64,000 bases of DNA from Mytilus californianus (Eukaryota). Within the stretch, counting starts at the first letter, position 1, and every line of letters starts with the position of its first letter. The stretch lies in assembly GCF_021869535.1 (NCBI RefSeq), contig NW_026262581.1, positions 121,830,001-121,894,000 on the forward strand, read 5' to 3'. The translations under genes were made by a program, and so were the position numbers. Shown in pieces: positions 46,901 through 58,110 of the stretch. A model generated the notes under the pieces. It did not search any database, was not told the origin of the DNA, and saw only the letters and a program-made list of their open reading frames with translations.

Positions 46901-49467
46901 TGTGTATTTTCCCTTTGTGGTAATCTCACAAGTTCCAAACCAGATTAGAATAATTGGGTCTTTTTGTTTCAGTTCTTCTAGTTTTGCAAAGAGGTTTTTT
47001 AAGTGCTCATCAGTGGTGGCTGTAGTTCCGCTCTTGGCTATTATGTGGAACTTGTCACGGACGCTGTCTGGGACCACTTTATCTACACTAAACCCCTTGC
47101 TGTCCGTGAAAAGCACGGTTTCTCTTGAAAGGCCCTGCCTTTTAAATAGGTTATAAACCCTTTTGTATTCTTTTATTATCTTGTTCACTGACATGAATTT
47201 CTATTGCTTATGCAATGTCAAAATTCGGATATACAAAATTTCAATTTCAAAATAAAAAAAAAAAAAAATCCAATATGGCGGCAACAGGCCTAGTGTCAAT
47301 GCACAATTTTCAAAGAGGATTTTTCACTATTCGTCAGTAATTAATCCACATTTACATTTATATACAGTTATTTATGGCTTATTTACTGAAAATATTTGAC
47401 TTATTTGACAACTGACTCACAAAAACACACAGAAAACTTATCTTTTTTTGACTTTTTGCAGGAGCAGAAAAATCTTGACCATGCCGACCGGAACCAAAGT
47501 TGGTTTCCATTCTCTATATATAAACTTCTCTAATATATGTTTTTATTATAATTATTCTTGATATAACTTCTAATAAAATCGTAATCAACATATTAAATGC
47601 CATCAGATATACTACATAGTCATCCCTTCTCATTAAAGGTGATAAAATGATTTTAATATAAATATTTTACATTGAAAAATAATATATTTAATATGAAATA
47701 TTAATATAAATGTTTAAGATATTAAAAACAATATTTGAATAAATGTTTTCACCAATGAATATTATATTTGAATATGTGTCGGAAGCACGATTTTTGATCC
47801 TCCACCTTTGCTGTTGGTCATAAAATTCATTAATAATACATATAATTTATATCCCTTTTAATTTTTCATGCCCCCTCTGTAGCAGAGGGGGCATTAAGTT
47901 TTACCCTTGTCCGTCCGTACGTCCCAAAGTTGGTTTCCATTCTCTAACTTAAGTTTGCCTCAACCAAAGGTTATGAAACTAATACAAAATGCTTATTACC
48001 ACAAAACACAGATCAAGTTTGAAGTTTGGTGGCGTCACTTTAATCGTTCTAGAGTTATGCCCCTTTATAAATGGAAAAATTGCTGAATTTTTCATTTCCG
48101 TTCTCTCACTTAAGTTTGCCTCTACCAAATGTTATGAATCTTATACACAATGCTTATTACTACAAAACAGAAATTGATTTTGAAATTTTGTAGGCATCAC
48201 TTTTACCATTCTAGAGTTATGCCCCTTTACAAATGGAAAAATTGCTGAATTTTTCACTTCGGTCTCTCACTTAAGTTTACTTAAGTTTTGCTTAAGAAAC
48301 TTATACAAATAGATATAAGAAGATGTGGTATGAGTGCCAATGAGACAATTCTCCATCCAAGTCAAAATTTATAAAAGTAAACCATTATAGGTCAAAGTAC
48401 AGTCTTCAACACGGAGCCTTGGCTCACAACGAACAGTAAGCTATAAAGGGCCCCAAAAATTACTAGTGTAAAACCTCTCAAACGGGAAAACCAACGGTCT
48501 AATCTATATAAAAAACGAGAAACACTTATGAACCACATCAACAAACGACAACTACTGAACATCAGATTCCTGACTTAGGACAGGTGCAAACAAATGCAGC
48601 GGGTTTAAACGGTTTAAAGGTACCAAACCTTCACCCTATTAAGTCTGAAACAATATTGTAACGTCACAACATAGAAAGACACACTATAAAATATCAACTG
48701 AAATAGCTTAACTCAATCAAAGGACATATTAACACCAGTGAACATACACTGAACAAATAAATATATAAATGCTTATTACCACAAAACTCAGATCAAGCAC
48801 AAATTTAGGTAGCGTGACTTTTACTGTTCTTGAGTTATGTCCCTTTATAACGTTATATGCAAGGGTTGGCATCATTTGTGTCCCATGGACACATTCCCCA
48901 TTTATTTTGTCATGGTCTGTATCTTAGATACTATAAGCAATATGTCAATTATGTTTGGTGTGTGGAATGGTTGTAAGATGTACATGTCTGACTGGCAGGT
49001 TTTATCTGACCTTGACATAATTTCCATGGTTCATGGGTTTTGCTCATTGTTGAAGGCTGTACGGTGACCCATGGTTTTTATACGCCCATTTACGGGACAT
49101 ATTATGGTATACTGTTGTCCGTCTATCGTCAACATGTCGGACAATAACTCAAAAACGCTTTAACCAATTTGCATGAAACTTTGGTGAATTGTTTATATCT
49201 ACATGTATTATAATAACATTCCTTTAGTTTTTTTAAATTTCTGATATGACATTGAGTAGTTATGGAACTATATTCTTTGAAAAAGAGACGGGCGTATCAT
49301 GCGCTCATGGCACAGCTCTTTATTAACTTCTATGTCATTTGGTCTCTGGTGGAGAGTTGTCTCGTTTGCATTCATACCTCATCTTCTTATTTTTACATTC
49401 ATTGGACAATGCTTAGTTTTTATACGACCGCAAAAATTAAAAATTTTTTGGTCGTATATTGGTATGA

Positions 49468-49498
<31 letters not shown>

Positions 49499-52400
49499 CG
49501 GCGTCGTCGTCGTCCGGCGTCGTCTGGCGTCGTCCGAAGACACACTGGTTTTCGCACTCTAACTTTAGTTTAAGTGAATGGATTTCTATGAAATTTTACC
49601 ATAAGGTTCAATACCACAAAAGGAAGGTTGGGATTGATTTTGGGGGTTATGGTACCAACAGTTAAGGAAAAAGGGGCCAAAAATAAGCATTTTTGTAACT
49701 TCCAGACAATAACTTGTGTGTAAGTGTATGGATCTCTCTGACATTGTACCACAAGGTTCCATATCACAAAGGGAAGGCTGTAATTGATTTTGGGGGTAAT
49801 TGCCTCAAAATTTAAGGAATTAGGGGCCAAAAAAGGGGCAAAAAACAAGCATTTTTCTAGTTTCATGACAATAACTTGTGTGTAAGTGTTTGGATATTTC
49901 TGAAATTGTACTACAAGGTTCCATATCACTAAGGGAAAGCTGGAATTGAGTTTGGGGGTAATTGCCTGAAACGTTTAGGAATTGGGGGGCCAAAAAGGGG
50001 CCAAAAATAAGCATTTTTTCTAGTTTCCAGACAATAACTTGTGTTCAAGTGTATGGATCTCTCTGAAATTGTACTGCAAGGTACCATACCACAAAGGGAA
50101 GGCTGGGATTGAGTTTGGGGGTGATGAATCATAAGGGGTTCAAAAAATTTGGGGGGGGGGGGGATTTTTTTTTTTCTTTTTTTCCTTTTTTTTTTCTTTT
50201 TAAATTTTCCATTTTAAGGTGGTTATTTCTGATTTATATTTAAAAGCAAATAATAATGATATGGTAGGAGATACACACCAAACAGGATGTGTAAATTATT
50301 ATATAATAAGTATTGTGCAATAGCAAGAAATTTTCAATTGCACAGTATTGCACAATAGCAAGAAATCTTCAATTGCACAGTATTGCGCAATAGCAAGAAA
50401 TCTTCAATTGCACAGTATTGCGCAATAGCAAGAAATATCCAATAGCACAATATTGCGCAATAGCAAGAAATTGTCAATTGTACAGTATTGCGCAATAGCA
50501 AGAAATATTCAATTGCACAGTATTGTGCAAAAGAAGATACTTCGTATAAATTGCTTATTTCTTGATCAATTTCAATGGGGTTTTATTCTTGAATTCTTGG
50601 GGTTCTTTAATATGCTGAATCTAACCGTGTATTAAGTTTTTGGATTTTGGGCCCCGTTTTTAAATTGGTCCACATTGAGGTCCAAAGGGTCCAAAATTTA
50701 ACTTTGTTTGATTTCATCAAAAATTGAATTATTGGGGTTCTTTGATATGCCGAATCTAACCGTGTATTTAGATTCTTAATTTTTGGTTCCGTTTTCAAAT
50801 TGGTCTACATTAAGGTCCAAAGGGTCCAAAATTAAACTTAGTTTGATTTTAATAAAAATTGAATTTTTAGGGTTCTTTGATATGCTGAATCTAAACATGT
50901 ATTTAGATTTTTTATTATGGGCCCAGTTTTCAAGTTGGTCCAAATCGGGGTCCAAAATTAAACTTTGTTTGATTTCAACAAAAATTGAATATATGGGGTT
51001 CTTTGATATGCTGAATCTAACCATGTATTTAGATTTTTGATTTTTGGGCCCCGTTATCAACTTTGTCCACATTGAGGTCCAAAGGGTCCAAAATTAAACT
51101 TAGTTTGATTTTAACAAAAATTGAATTCTTGGGGTTCTTTGATATGCTGAATCTAAACATGTGTTTAGATTTTTTATTATGGGCCCAGTTTTTAAGTTTG
51201 TCCAAGTTGGGGTCCAAAATTAAACTTTGTTTGTTTTCAACAAAAATTGAATATATGGGGTTCTTTGATATGCTGAATCTAACCATGAATTTAGATTTTT
51301 TATTTGTGGGCCCCGCTATCAAATTGGTTCATATTGAGGTCAAAAGGGTCCAAAATTAAACTTTGTTTGATTTCATCAAAAATTGAATTATTGGGGTTCT
51401 TTGATATTCCAAATCTAACCGTGTATTTAGATTTTTAATTTTAAGTCCCGTTTTTTAAATTGGTCTACATTAAGGTCCAAAGGGTCCAAAATTAAACTTA
51501 GTTTGATTTTAGCAAAAATTGAATTCTCGGGGTTATTTGATATGCTGAATCTAAACATGTGTTTAGATTTTTGATTATGGGCCCAGTTTTCAAGTTTGTC
51601 GAAGTTGGGGTCCAAAATTAAATTTTGTTTGATTTCAACAAAAATTGAATATATGGGGTTCTTTGGTTTGATATGCTGAATCTAACCATGTATTTTGATT
51701 TTGGACATTGGACCATAATAGGTAAATTAAAAAAAATTCAAGTTCTTAGACCACATTCTTTCTGTGTCAGAAACCTATGCTGTGTCAAATATTTAATAAC
51801 AATCCATATTCAGAGCTGTATCAAGCTTGAATGTTGTGTCCATACTTGCCCCAACTGTTCAGGGTTCGACCTCTGCGGTCGTATCAAGCTGCGCCCTGCG
51901 GAGCATTTTATTGTGGTTTGGTCTGTTGCTCAGAAACTATAAGCAATAGAGCCTCTATTTTTGGTGTATAGAATGATTGTAAGGTATACATGTCTGACTA
52001 GCAGGTTTCATATGACTTTGACCTTATTTTGATGGTTCATCGGTCAATGTTCAGTTTTGTGATTTTGTCAGTTTGTCAGATACTATAAGCAATAGGTCAA
52101 CTATATTTGATGTAAGTAATGATTGTAAGGTGTAGATATTTGTCTGGTAGGGTTATTATGACCGTAACCTCGTTTTCATGGTTCATTGGTCTATGTAAAT
52201 TTTTTTATGGTTTGGTCTGTTTTCCAGATACTTCAATAAAATATATGCACTAGGACCACTATATTTGGTGTATTGAATCTTTGTAAGTTGTACATGTCGT
52301 TCTGGCATGGTTTATCTGACCTTGACCTCATTTTCATGGTTCATTGGTTAATGATTAGTAAAGCAAGCGAGACATTTCAGCATGTGTGCTCTTGTTTAAG

Positions 52401-55400
52401 AATGGACAAAAATGTGAGATTAATTATTGCAATTTCAGTAAAATCTGCATAGTGATATATGACATGTATTATTGCGAGACACCACTGAGTCACATTATTT
52501 GCATTATTAAAGACCTCACAATAATTTCTGAATTTACAGTATTAATTTCAATCATTTTGTCCATGTTGATCTGGAAGGAGTTAAATGTTTTGACTTCAAA
52601 ATCCATGTGGTCAAACCAGTATTATTTTACAGTACATCAATAATATGAACATATGTCATGTATGTACTTTACAATATATTTTAATAAACCAAACTTTGTT
52701 ATATTTCCCACAGTATCCTGCATTGTAATATCACCCGTGATAGTATATACATTCATCATGATTTGACTCAATATATTAACAAAATGCATTTCTATTTTTC
52801 TGATGCATTTTACAAATTTGGTTTCCGAGAAGGATTCAGATATTTTTTCACATGATATCAGTCTTTTATGGACATGAGGATTTAAATATCTGGATCATTT
52901 AAAAAAAATCAGAATATATTAATAATTCATTTGGGTATTTTTGTATGACAACTGCTGAGGCTAGGTTAAAGATAAGCTTGAGCATATATATTTTGTATCA
53001 GCCATTGTTGATTATAATGTCACCAATTTTTCATAGTAAAAGTTTCAAAAATAAAATTAGAATAACTTGTATAATGTAAACTGTTGGCTCCTTCATGCAA
53101 ACAGGTTCCTGGTTGTTTCATAAGTTGATAGAGTAGACCATAAACTGCTAGCTGATTAATGATAAATTAATAATAAAAAATAATCTTTAATGTCATACAT
53201 GTCATAAAAGCAGGAAAACAACCAAAAATACAAATTATTTAAAACAAATACAGATATATATATTATACAATAAATTTTACAGGAACGAAATTTTATAAAG
53301 AACTCTCAAATAATTCAAAAGTAGCCTTGTTTGATGTACATGGTACATAATGTACATGCGTACATGTAGTCTAGCAGTGATTTTGAATACAATTGAACTC
53401 ATACATTTATGTTTAGGTTATATCTGAAGAAAAAGATCTTAAGCCTGTGAATTTACTGGAAATTAAAGACACAAATAAACATTTAACTGAAGTTGCAGAA
53501 ACAATATCCAGTGACCAGTCAATATCAAACTCGAAAATTACAGTATGGGTGGACCCTCTTGATGCTACAAAAGAATACACTGGTATGCAAGTAGGAGTAC
53601 ACTTGAATATACGCTCATTATTCTTTTTATCTAAATACAGCGAAAGCATAAAAGTGTACAAATTTAATTTTTAAACTTGTCATCAAGACATATATCTGAA
53701 TATAAAAATAAGACGATGTGGTATGATTGCCAATGAGACAACTCTCCACCAGAGACCAAATGACACAGATGCTAACAACTATGGGTCACAGTACAGCCTT
53801 CAACAATGAGCAAAATCCATACTGCGTAGTCAGCTATAGTAGGCCCTGAAATGACAAATGTTATAAAAATCAAACCAGAAAACTAACGGCCAGATTTATT
53901 TACAAACAATGAATGAAAAATAAATATGATATACAGCAACAAACGACAACCACTGAATTACAGGCTCCTAACTTGGGACAGGCACATACAAAATGTGGCG
54001 GTGTTAAACTAATTTGCTGGCGCCAAACCCTTCCCCTAACCTGGGACAGTGGTGTAACAGTACAACATAAGAACAATCTATAGAAAGCAGAAATACATCT
54101 AACAAAAACACAGACTGAATGTGGCAGGGTATGTATACATCCCCACAACAAAAAAGACTAAGTACAGATCTGAGGGTACTCACAGTTACTGACAGCTGAA
54201 GCCTTTTTGTGTGACATTGCATTAAGTGTTAGGCAATCATCAATTAATCAAATTTTTAACATGCAAACTCAAATTATAATTTTATACTTGTTACCTTATA
54301 CTGGTGTTTGCGTCATCCACACTTGTAATTTATTTTATGTTGAAATTTCAGTTTTATGTTGTTTTTTCCAATATACAGTATGTATTTGTTCATCCAGAAT
54401 ACTGTAAATTAAGAAATTATTGCGTGCATTTAATATTGTGATTTTTGAAGAATGTACAATAATGCGTGATTAATTATTGCGATTTCAGAAAAAAATCTGC
54501 ATACATATATATATATGTATCAGATATCATAATGCGAGTTCTTATTATTGCGTTTATTGGCATTAATAAAAACCTCGCAATAATTTCTGAATTTACAGTA
54601 GTTATTGTTCATGATTTAGCCAGATACATGTATGTTAACAATCTATACAGTTTTCAGTCAAACATGTATATTATGTAAAAGGGACAGGACAACTGAAATT
54701 TCTGCACTGATGTTTCCCCATTCTTTTATCAACTAACTTTACATAATTTTGACAAGGTTGAAGAACTTTCTATTTTTGTAATTTCAAGGGCCAAAGATTG
54801 CCAATGAAAAGAGAAATGATTTAATAGAATTTTGAAATGTATGAATCTATATAGTCTGTTCACATGAACTATTGAAAAATACATATTGGTTTTTTTAAGA
54901 TTGAATTATTTGGGACAGCTTTGATGAGCTCAAATTCTTACACAAAGTGTAAAGCAGAAACAATGAAAAAACAAAATTGAAAAAAATAGAATATTGTCAC
55001 TTTTATTCTTCAAACTGTCTGTGAAATCCTTGCCAAAGTAGGGTGCTTGTTTGGTTGTGCAGGATGTAAAACTCCAATTTTTCGGCCCTTCATCCCTTTT
55101 GACCCCTATTACAGGACCTACCTTTTTGTATTTATTGTTCATTTGGTTTAAATTGCATCCTGAACATGCATGAAATATTTGTATATGGACATAAAGTAAA
55201 CAACAATAAATCAATCAATCAATTGAATCTGCATGCATTGTCTTGTGAAAATAATCTGATGAACCTATAAAGTAAACTGAATGACATTGTTATTTACAGA
55301 AAAGAAGTTAGAGTATGTGGCCACCATGGTTTGTGTTGCAGTAGATGGCCATCCTACTATTGGTGTCATACATAAACCATTTGTCAATGATAATAAAGGG

Positions 55401-57912
55401 GAGACAGGTATGCCAGACTTTTTAATGTAATAACCGGGACAGTTAAGTCAGATTTATCAATGGCTATAAAATGATAATGATAATGGGGAGAAAGGTAAGT
55501 CAGACTTTTCAATGACAGTAAGGAGATATGAAAGTGAGATTTGTCAATAACAAATTTGGAGACAGGTAAGTCAAATTTGTCAATGAAGATAGAGAGACAG
55601 GTAAGTAAGATTTGGCAATGACAATGGGGGAGACAGGTAAGTCCAATTTGTCAGTGGCAATGGGTGACAGGTAAGTCAGATATTTCAATGAAGATGGAGA
55701 GACATTTAAGTCAGATTTGTGAATGACAATGGCGGAGACAGGTAAGTCTGATTTGTCAATGGCTACAGGTGACAGGTAAGTCAGATTTGACAATGCAATA
55801 ACTATAATACAAGTATTAGTAAGTCAGATTTGTCAAGGTTAACTGCTTTCCTTTTAGGCTTGAACATAAGGATATCAACATATTAAAGGAGAATTTACAT
55901 TTGCTGTGTAAATTGACTGAAAATAAAACAAAAATGATGATACCATTATGTGTTACCTGTTTAACCAGCCAAATATAGGCCTTTGCTAAAAATGTAAAAA
56001 TTAATTTTGTCTTGATGATGCAAATTGACTGTGACATCATTGACATAATGTCATATCGTGTTTATTTACCAAATTTAAGCACAAAAATATGCTAACTTCA
56101 GGAATATTTCATCTTAAATAATGTACAGCACAAGCTGCACCCAAAACAATTGTTTCAGCAAGTAGATAAACACGTAACAATTCCTGTGTGAATGTCTTTT
56201 TGGGCTTGAGTTGTTGTCTCTCTACTTTCTAAGCATCTATATAGGTCAAATACCAGTAGTTAAGATTTTTTGCAAATTCATGACTTTACTGAAATAACTT
56301 GTCTTTTCATGTCTGTATCATCCATTAAGAGCAACTCTTTCTTTCATTAAAATAGCAATGTTTTATTGAGAAACATTGATTCAACAATTTTTTCTTCAAA
56401 TTTGAGAACATTTGATATACAATTCAGTTAAGGGCTAATTTTACTATTTGCTTTTCCAAAAATTGTAAATGCTATGATTTCAGTATTTAATCCACAGTCT
56501 ACTGAAGTATTGAGGATATTAAAAGCAGTCAGATTGTTTTTTCATAAGATTTAATCAAACAAAATATTCAAAACATAATGATGTGATTACATGATATATT
56601 TACCAGATAAAATTAAGTATTAATAAAAATAACTTCAACCATTGTTAATTGTTTGTTTAATTAAGTGTATGTACAAAAACTAAATGTCAATAAAGTGATT
56701 TAAAACTTGTAAGAGATTATTTAAGTGTGGATAATATAGATCTCATCACATTCAGTGTTTTGAAATTAGTTCTCATTACATACTGGAGAAAAATTATAAT
56801 TTCATGTTAAGCGTTATTACTTATATAAGTATATTTACACATGTTTAGAATTATACAAATGTTTTGTAACTGCATTGAGAATCCATCCATATTTTGAAAG
56901 TGTTTATTGTTTCAGTTTGGGCTTGGGTTGGATATGGAAAATCCAAAACCTTAGAAGCAGTTAAGACTGAAAAGAAGGAAGGTGATCCTGATAGAATTAT
57001 AGTATCAATATCTCACAAAGGGGATGTAGAATCAGTAGCTAAAGCTGCGTTAGGGGAGAAAACTCAAGTATTGAAAGGAGCGGGTGCAGGTAAAGTTATA
57101 ATATACATGTATCAATATTTCACAAAGGGGATTTAGAATCAGTGGCTAAAGCTGCGTTAGGGGAGAAAACTGTATTGAAAGGAGCTGGTGCAGGTACAGT
57201 TACAGCATACATGTATCAACAAAAACTTATTACAACAATTTACTCGGAAATCAATGATGGTAGATCAATGATATCACACCATTATAAACCTCTTATATAC
57301 CTCTATACTCTTATGTCTGATTCTGTGAAAGTAAGATGACCTGCCATATACTGTACACCATGCCACCTTATTTTCACTGATAATAATGTGGTTTTTTTCA
57401 CACTTTTTATTTTACATATTAAACTTAATATCTTAAAAAAACAGATTATCAGAAGTTTTGTTTTGTGAAGCTCTTTCACTATGAAAACAATAAGAGAGAA
57501 TAAGAACCCATAATGACATATCAAGAATATTTCAAATATTAACTACCAATGAAATGATTTTTAGGTCTCGATTTGCTTGTTTATCAATTTTGCTATATAC
57601 TGTATCTATACATTTTTTCTTTATAACGTTATATTTTCTGTTTTGTTTTTTGCAGGCTATAAAACTTTAGAAGTAATTAAAGGTAATGCAGATGCATATC
57701 TTCACACAACAAAAATAAAAAAGTGGGATTTATGTGCAGCTAATGCAATTTTAAGTTCTATGGATGGTAAAATGACAACATTACAAGGAGATTTTATTGA
57801 CTATTCATCTACTACAGATAAAGTGGTTTCTGATGGTTTATTAGTGACTTTGTCAAATCATTTTGATTATTTGAAAAAACTAGCAGGTGCTATGAAGAAA
57901 TCTGATGCATAG
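40665..57912 (+). CDS. BPNT2: Golgi-resident PAP 3'-phosphatase (inositol monophosphatase family), 5 coding exons, 343 aa
   Basis: Exons 40665-40991, 53417-53582, 55300-55407, 56916-57089 and 57656-57912 join in frame with GT-AG introns. N-terminal TM anchor ([17 protein letters not shown]), [41 protein letters not shown] and KKWDLCA motifs (IMPAD1/gPAPP). Confidence 0.95.
41293..44468 (-). pseudogene. LINE ORF2: apurinic-type endonuclease plus reverse transcriptase, frameshifted near 42290
   Basis: EN motifs [30 protein letters not shown] motifs [53 protein letters not shown]. An 11-nt insertion breaks QGSVLGP. Confidence 0.95.
44354..45446 (-). pseudogene. LINE ORF1: PHD finger, coiled coil, RRM-like region; 1-nt frameshift near the start
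   Basis: CAKC...CQRC...WFCGKC, heptad-rich region, [27 protein letters not shown]. The Kozak-like ATG at 45446 is one base out of frame with the 44354-45319 ORF. Confidence 0.85.
45461..46300 (-). other. Array of 14 triloop stem-loops (GG-AAG-CC core) in the inter-ORF spacer of the LINE
   Basis: Hairpins at 45461-83, 45545-63, 45606-28, 45671-89, 45708-26, 45757-77, 45809-29, 45858-87, 45920-46, 45981-46001, 46081-99, 46149-73, 46199-223 and 46274-300; stems are about 8-12 bp. Confidence 0.9.
46310..47194 (-). CDS. SGNH/GDSL hydrolase (esterase)-like protein, 294 aa, upstream ORF of the LINE
   Basis: Block I VLFTDS (Ser32), block II KSG, block III IWFGTCE, block V DGIHP (Asp267/His270); uninterrupted ORF. 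Confidence 0.8.
   Translation of the reverse strand: MSVNKIIKEYKRVYNLFKRQGLSRETVLFTDSKGFSVDKVVPDSVRDKFHIIAKSGTTATTDEHLKNLFAKLEELKQKDPIILIWFGTCEITTKGKYTYLRIYPYQNIESILTGYRELRDKILTRFKYVTIIFLECPYYSISTFNKTIREGKKNKDILEQNNNQKKPSNYSLVVKKYSGTRIVTKKERNKRHYPALVIDKSKGFRSVTQASSLDKELCYQVDYYNSQLKLLNKKYRAPRFSQDQIISNKPKNKTRVRYRKNYKLLSDGIHPNRTLAKLWVYKMVELSLEVSETC
47272..47282. promoter_or_regulatory. YY1-consensus site in the LINE 5' leader
   Basis: AATATGGCGGC matches AANATGGCGGC; an ETS-like ACCGGAA lies at 47487-47493. Confidence 0.4.
47862..48905 (+). mobile_element. HINE-like element family C, interrupted by a nested repeat (48314-48765)
   Basis: 5' hairpin 'atgccccct..agggggcat', (gtcc)n, tandem internal units and a 3' 'gcatcatttgtgtcccatggacac' stem-loop. 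Confidence 0.65.
48314..48765 (+). repeat. 'aagaagatgtggtatg' family repeat nested in the family C element
   Basis: Matches 53705-54198. The family C unit breaks off before it and resumes after it. Confidence 0.7.
49077..49322 (+). mobile_element. Short HINE-like element family E
   Basis: Starts ttttatacgccc, ends gggcgtatcatgcgctcatggcacagctctt (terminal IR plus stem-loop); inserted into a T-run of another repeat. Confidence 0.55.
50330..50530. repeat. 35-bp tandem repeat, ~6 copies
   Basis: Unit cagtattgcgcaatagcaagaaatcttcaattgca (starts at 50343, 50378, ...). Confidence 0.9.
50560..51705. repeat. Satellite array, ~160-bp unit with two related halves, ~7 copies
   Basis: Recurrent 'gggtccaaaattaaactt...aaaaattgaat...ggggttctttgatatgctgaatctaa'. 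Confidence 0.9.
53417..53582 (+). CDS. BPNT2: BPNT2/IMPAD1 exon 2
   Basis: tttag|GTT ATA TCT GAA GAA...[13 protein letters not shown]|gtatgc. Confidence 0.95.
53705..54198 (+). repeat. 'aagaagatgtggtatg' family repeat in BPNT2 intron 2
   Basis: Long copy including the 'ggctcctaacttgggacaggcacatac' core. Confidence 0.75.
55300..55407 (+). CDS. BPNT2: BPNT2/IMPAD1 exon 3
   Basis: tttacag|AA AAG AAG TTA GAG TAT...([23 protein letters not shown])...ACA G|gtatgc. Confidence 0.93.
55380..55835 (+). repeat. ~35-bp tandem array derived from the exon 3 / intron 3 junction
   Basis: Unit 'tttgtcaatgacaatggggagacaggtaagtcaga' mirrors the exon end 'tttgtcaatgataataaaggggagacag|gtatgccaga'. Confidence 0.85.
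56916..57089 (+). CDS. BPNT2: BPNT2/IMPAD1 exon 4
   Basis: gtttcag|TT TGG GCT TGG...RIIVSISH...GAGA G|gtaaag. Confidence 0.93.
57111..57219 (+). repeat. Tandem duplicate of the 3' half of exon 4 plus donor
   Basis: Near-identical to 57004-57115, with a few substitutions and a 3-nt deletion. Confidence 0.92.
57656..57912 (+). CDS. BPNT2: BPNT2/IMPAD1 exon 5 (terminal)
   Basis: ttttgcag|GC TAT AAA...[12 protein letters not shown]...KKSDA*. Confidence 0.95.
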
Positions 57913-58110
57913 TGTATAGTAATACTGTTAGAATATACTACTGTTAGTATATAATACTGTTAGTATAATTATATGGGGAAATTTGTTCATGATTGTTATC
58001 GTTAAAAAATGCAATTTAGCTATTCTCAACAGTTCAAACTATAATTCTCACACGTTTTTAAGGTTCATAACCATGGAGTGATCATAAGACCTATTATGCA
58101 AAAGGTGAAG

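Larger units (their letters stand above)
41244..47495 (-). mobile_element. Near full-length CR1-clade LINE with an extra upstream ORF, antisense in BPNT2 intron 1
   Basis: 3' tandem tail (ACTATAAGTA)2(AGTA)2 at 41244-41271, EN-RT ORF2, PHD ORF1, hairpin spacer, SGNH ORF and 5' leader, all on the minus strand. The 5' boundary is inferred from where unrelated repeat sequence begins. Confidence 0.85.
49417..51909 (+). mobile_element. HINE/DINE-like element family B with expanded internal satellites
   Basis: 5' atacgacc...ggtcgtat hairpin, (GTC)n at 49467-49535, ~155-bp units, 35-bp and ~160-bp arrays, 3' tgcggtcgtat plus stem-loop; T-rich target on both sides. Confidence 0.8.

Noticed and set aside
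41220-47520. Target-site duplication for the LINE
   Set aside because: No matching direct repeat found at the two flanks, so the 5' boundary remains inferred.
49262-49573. Poly-Val/poly-Ser/poly-Arg ORFs
   Set aside because: Translation of the (GTC)n microsatellite of a HINE element.
50453-51615. Multiple overlapping ORFs with repeated peptides
   Set aside because: By-products of the 35-bp and ~160-bp satellite arrays on both strands.
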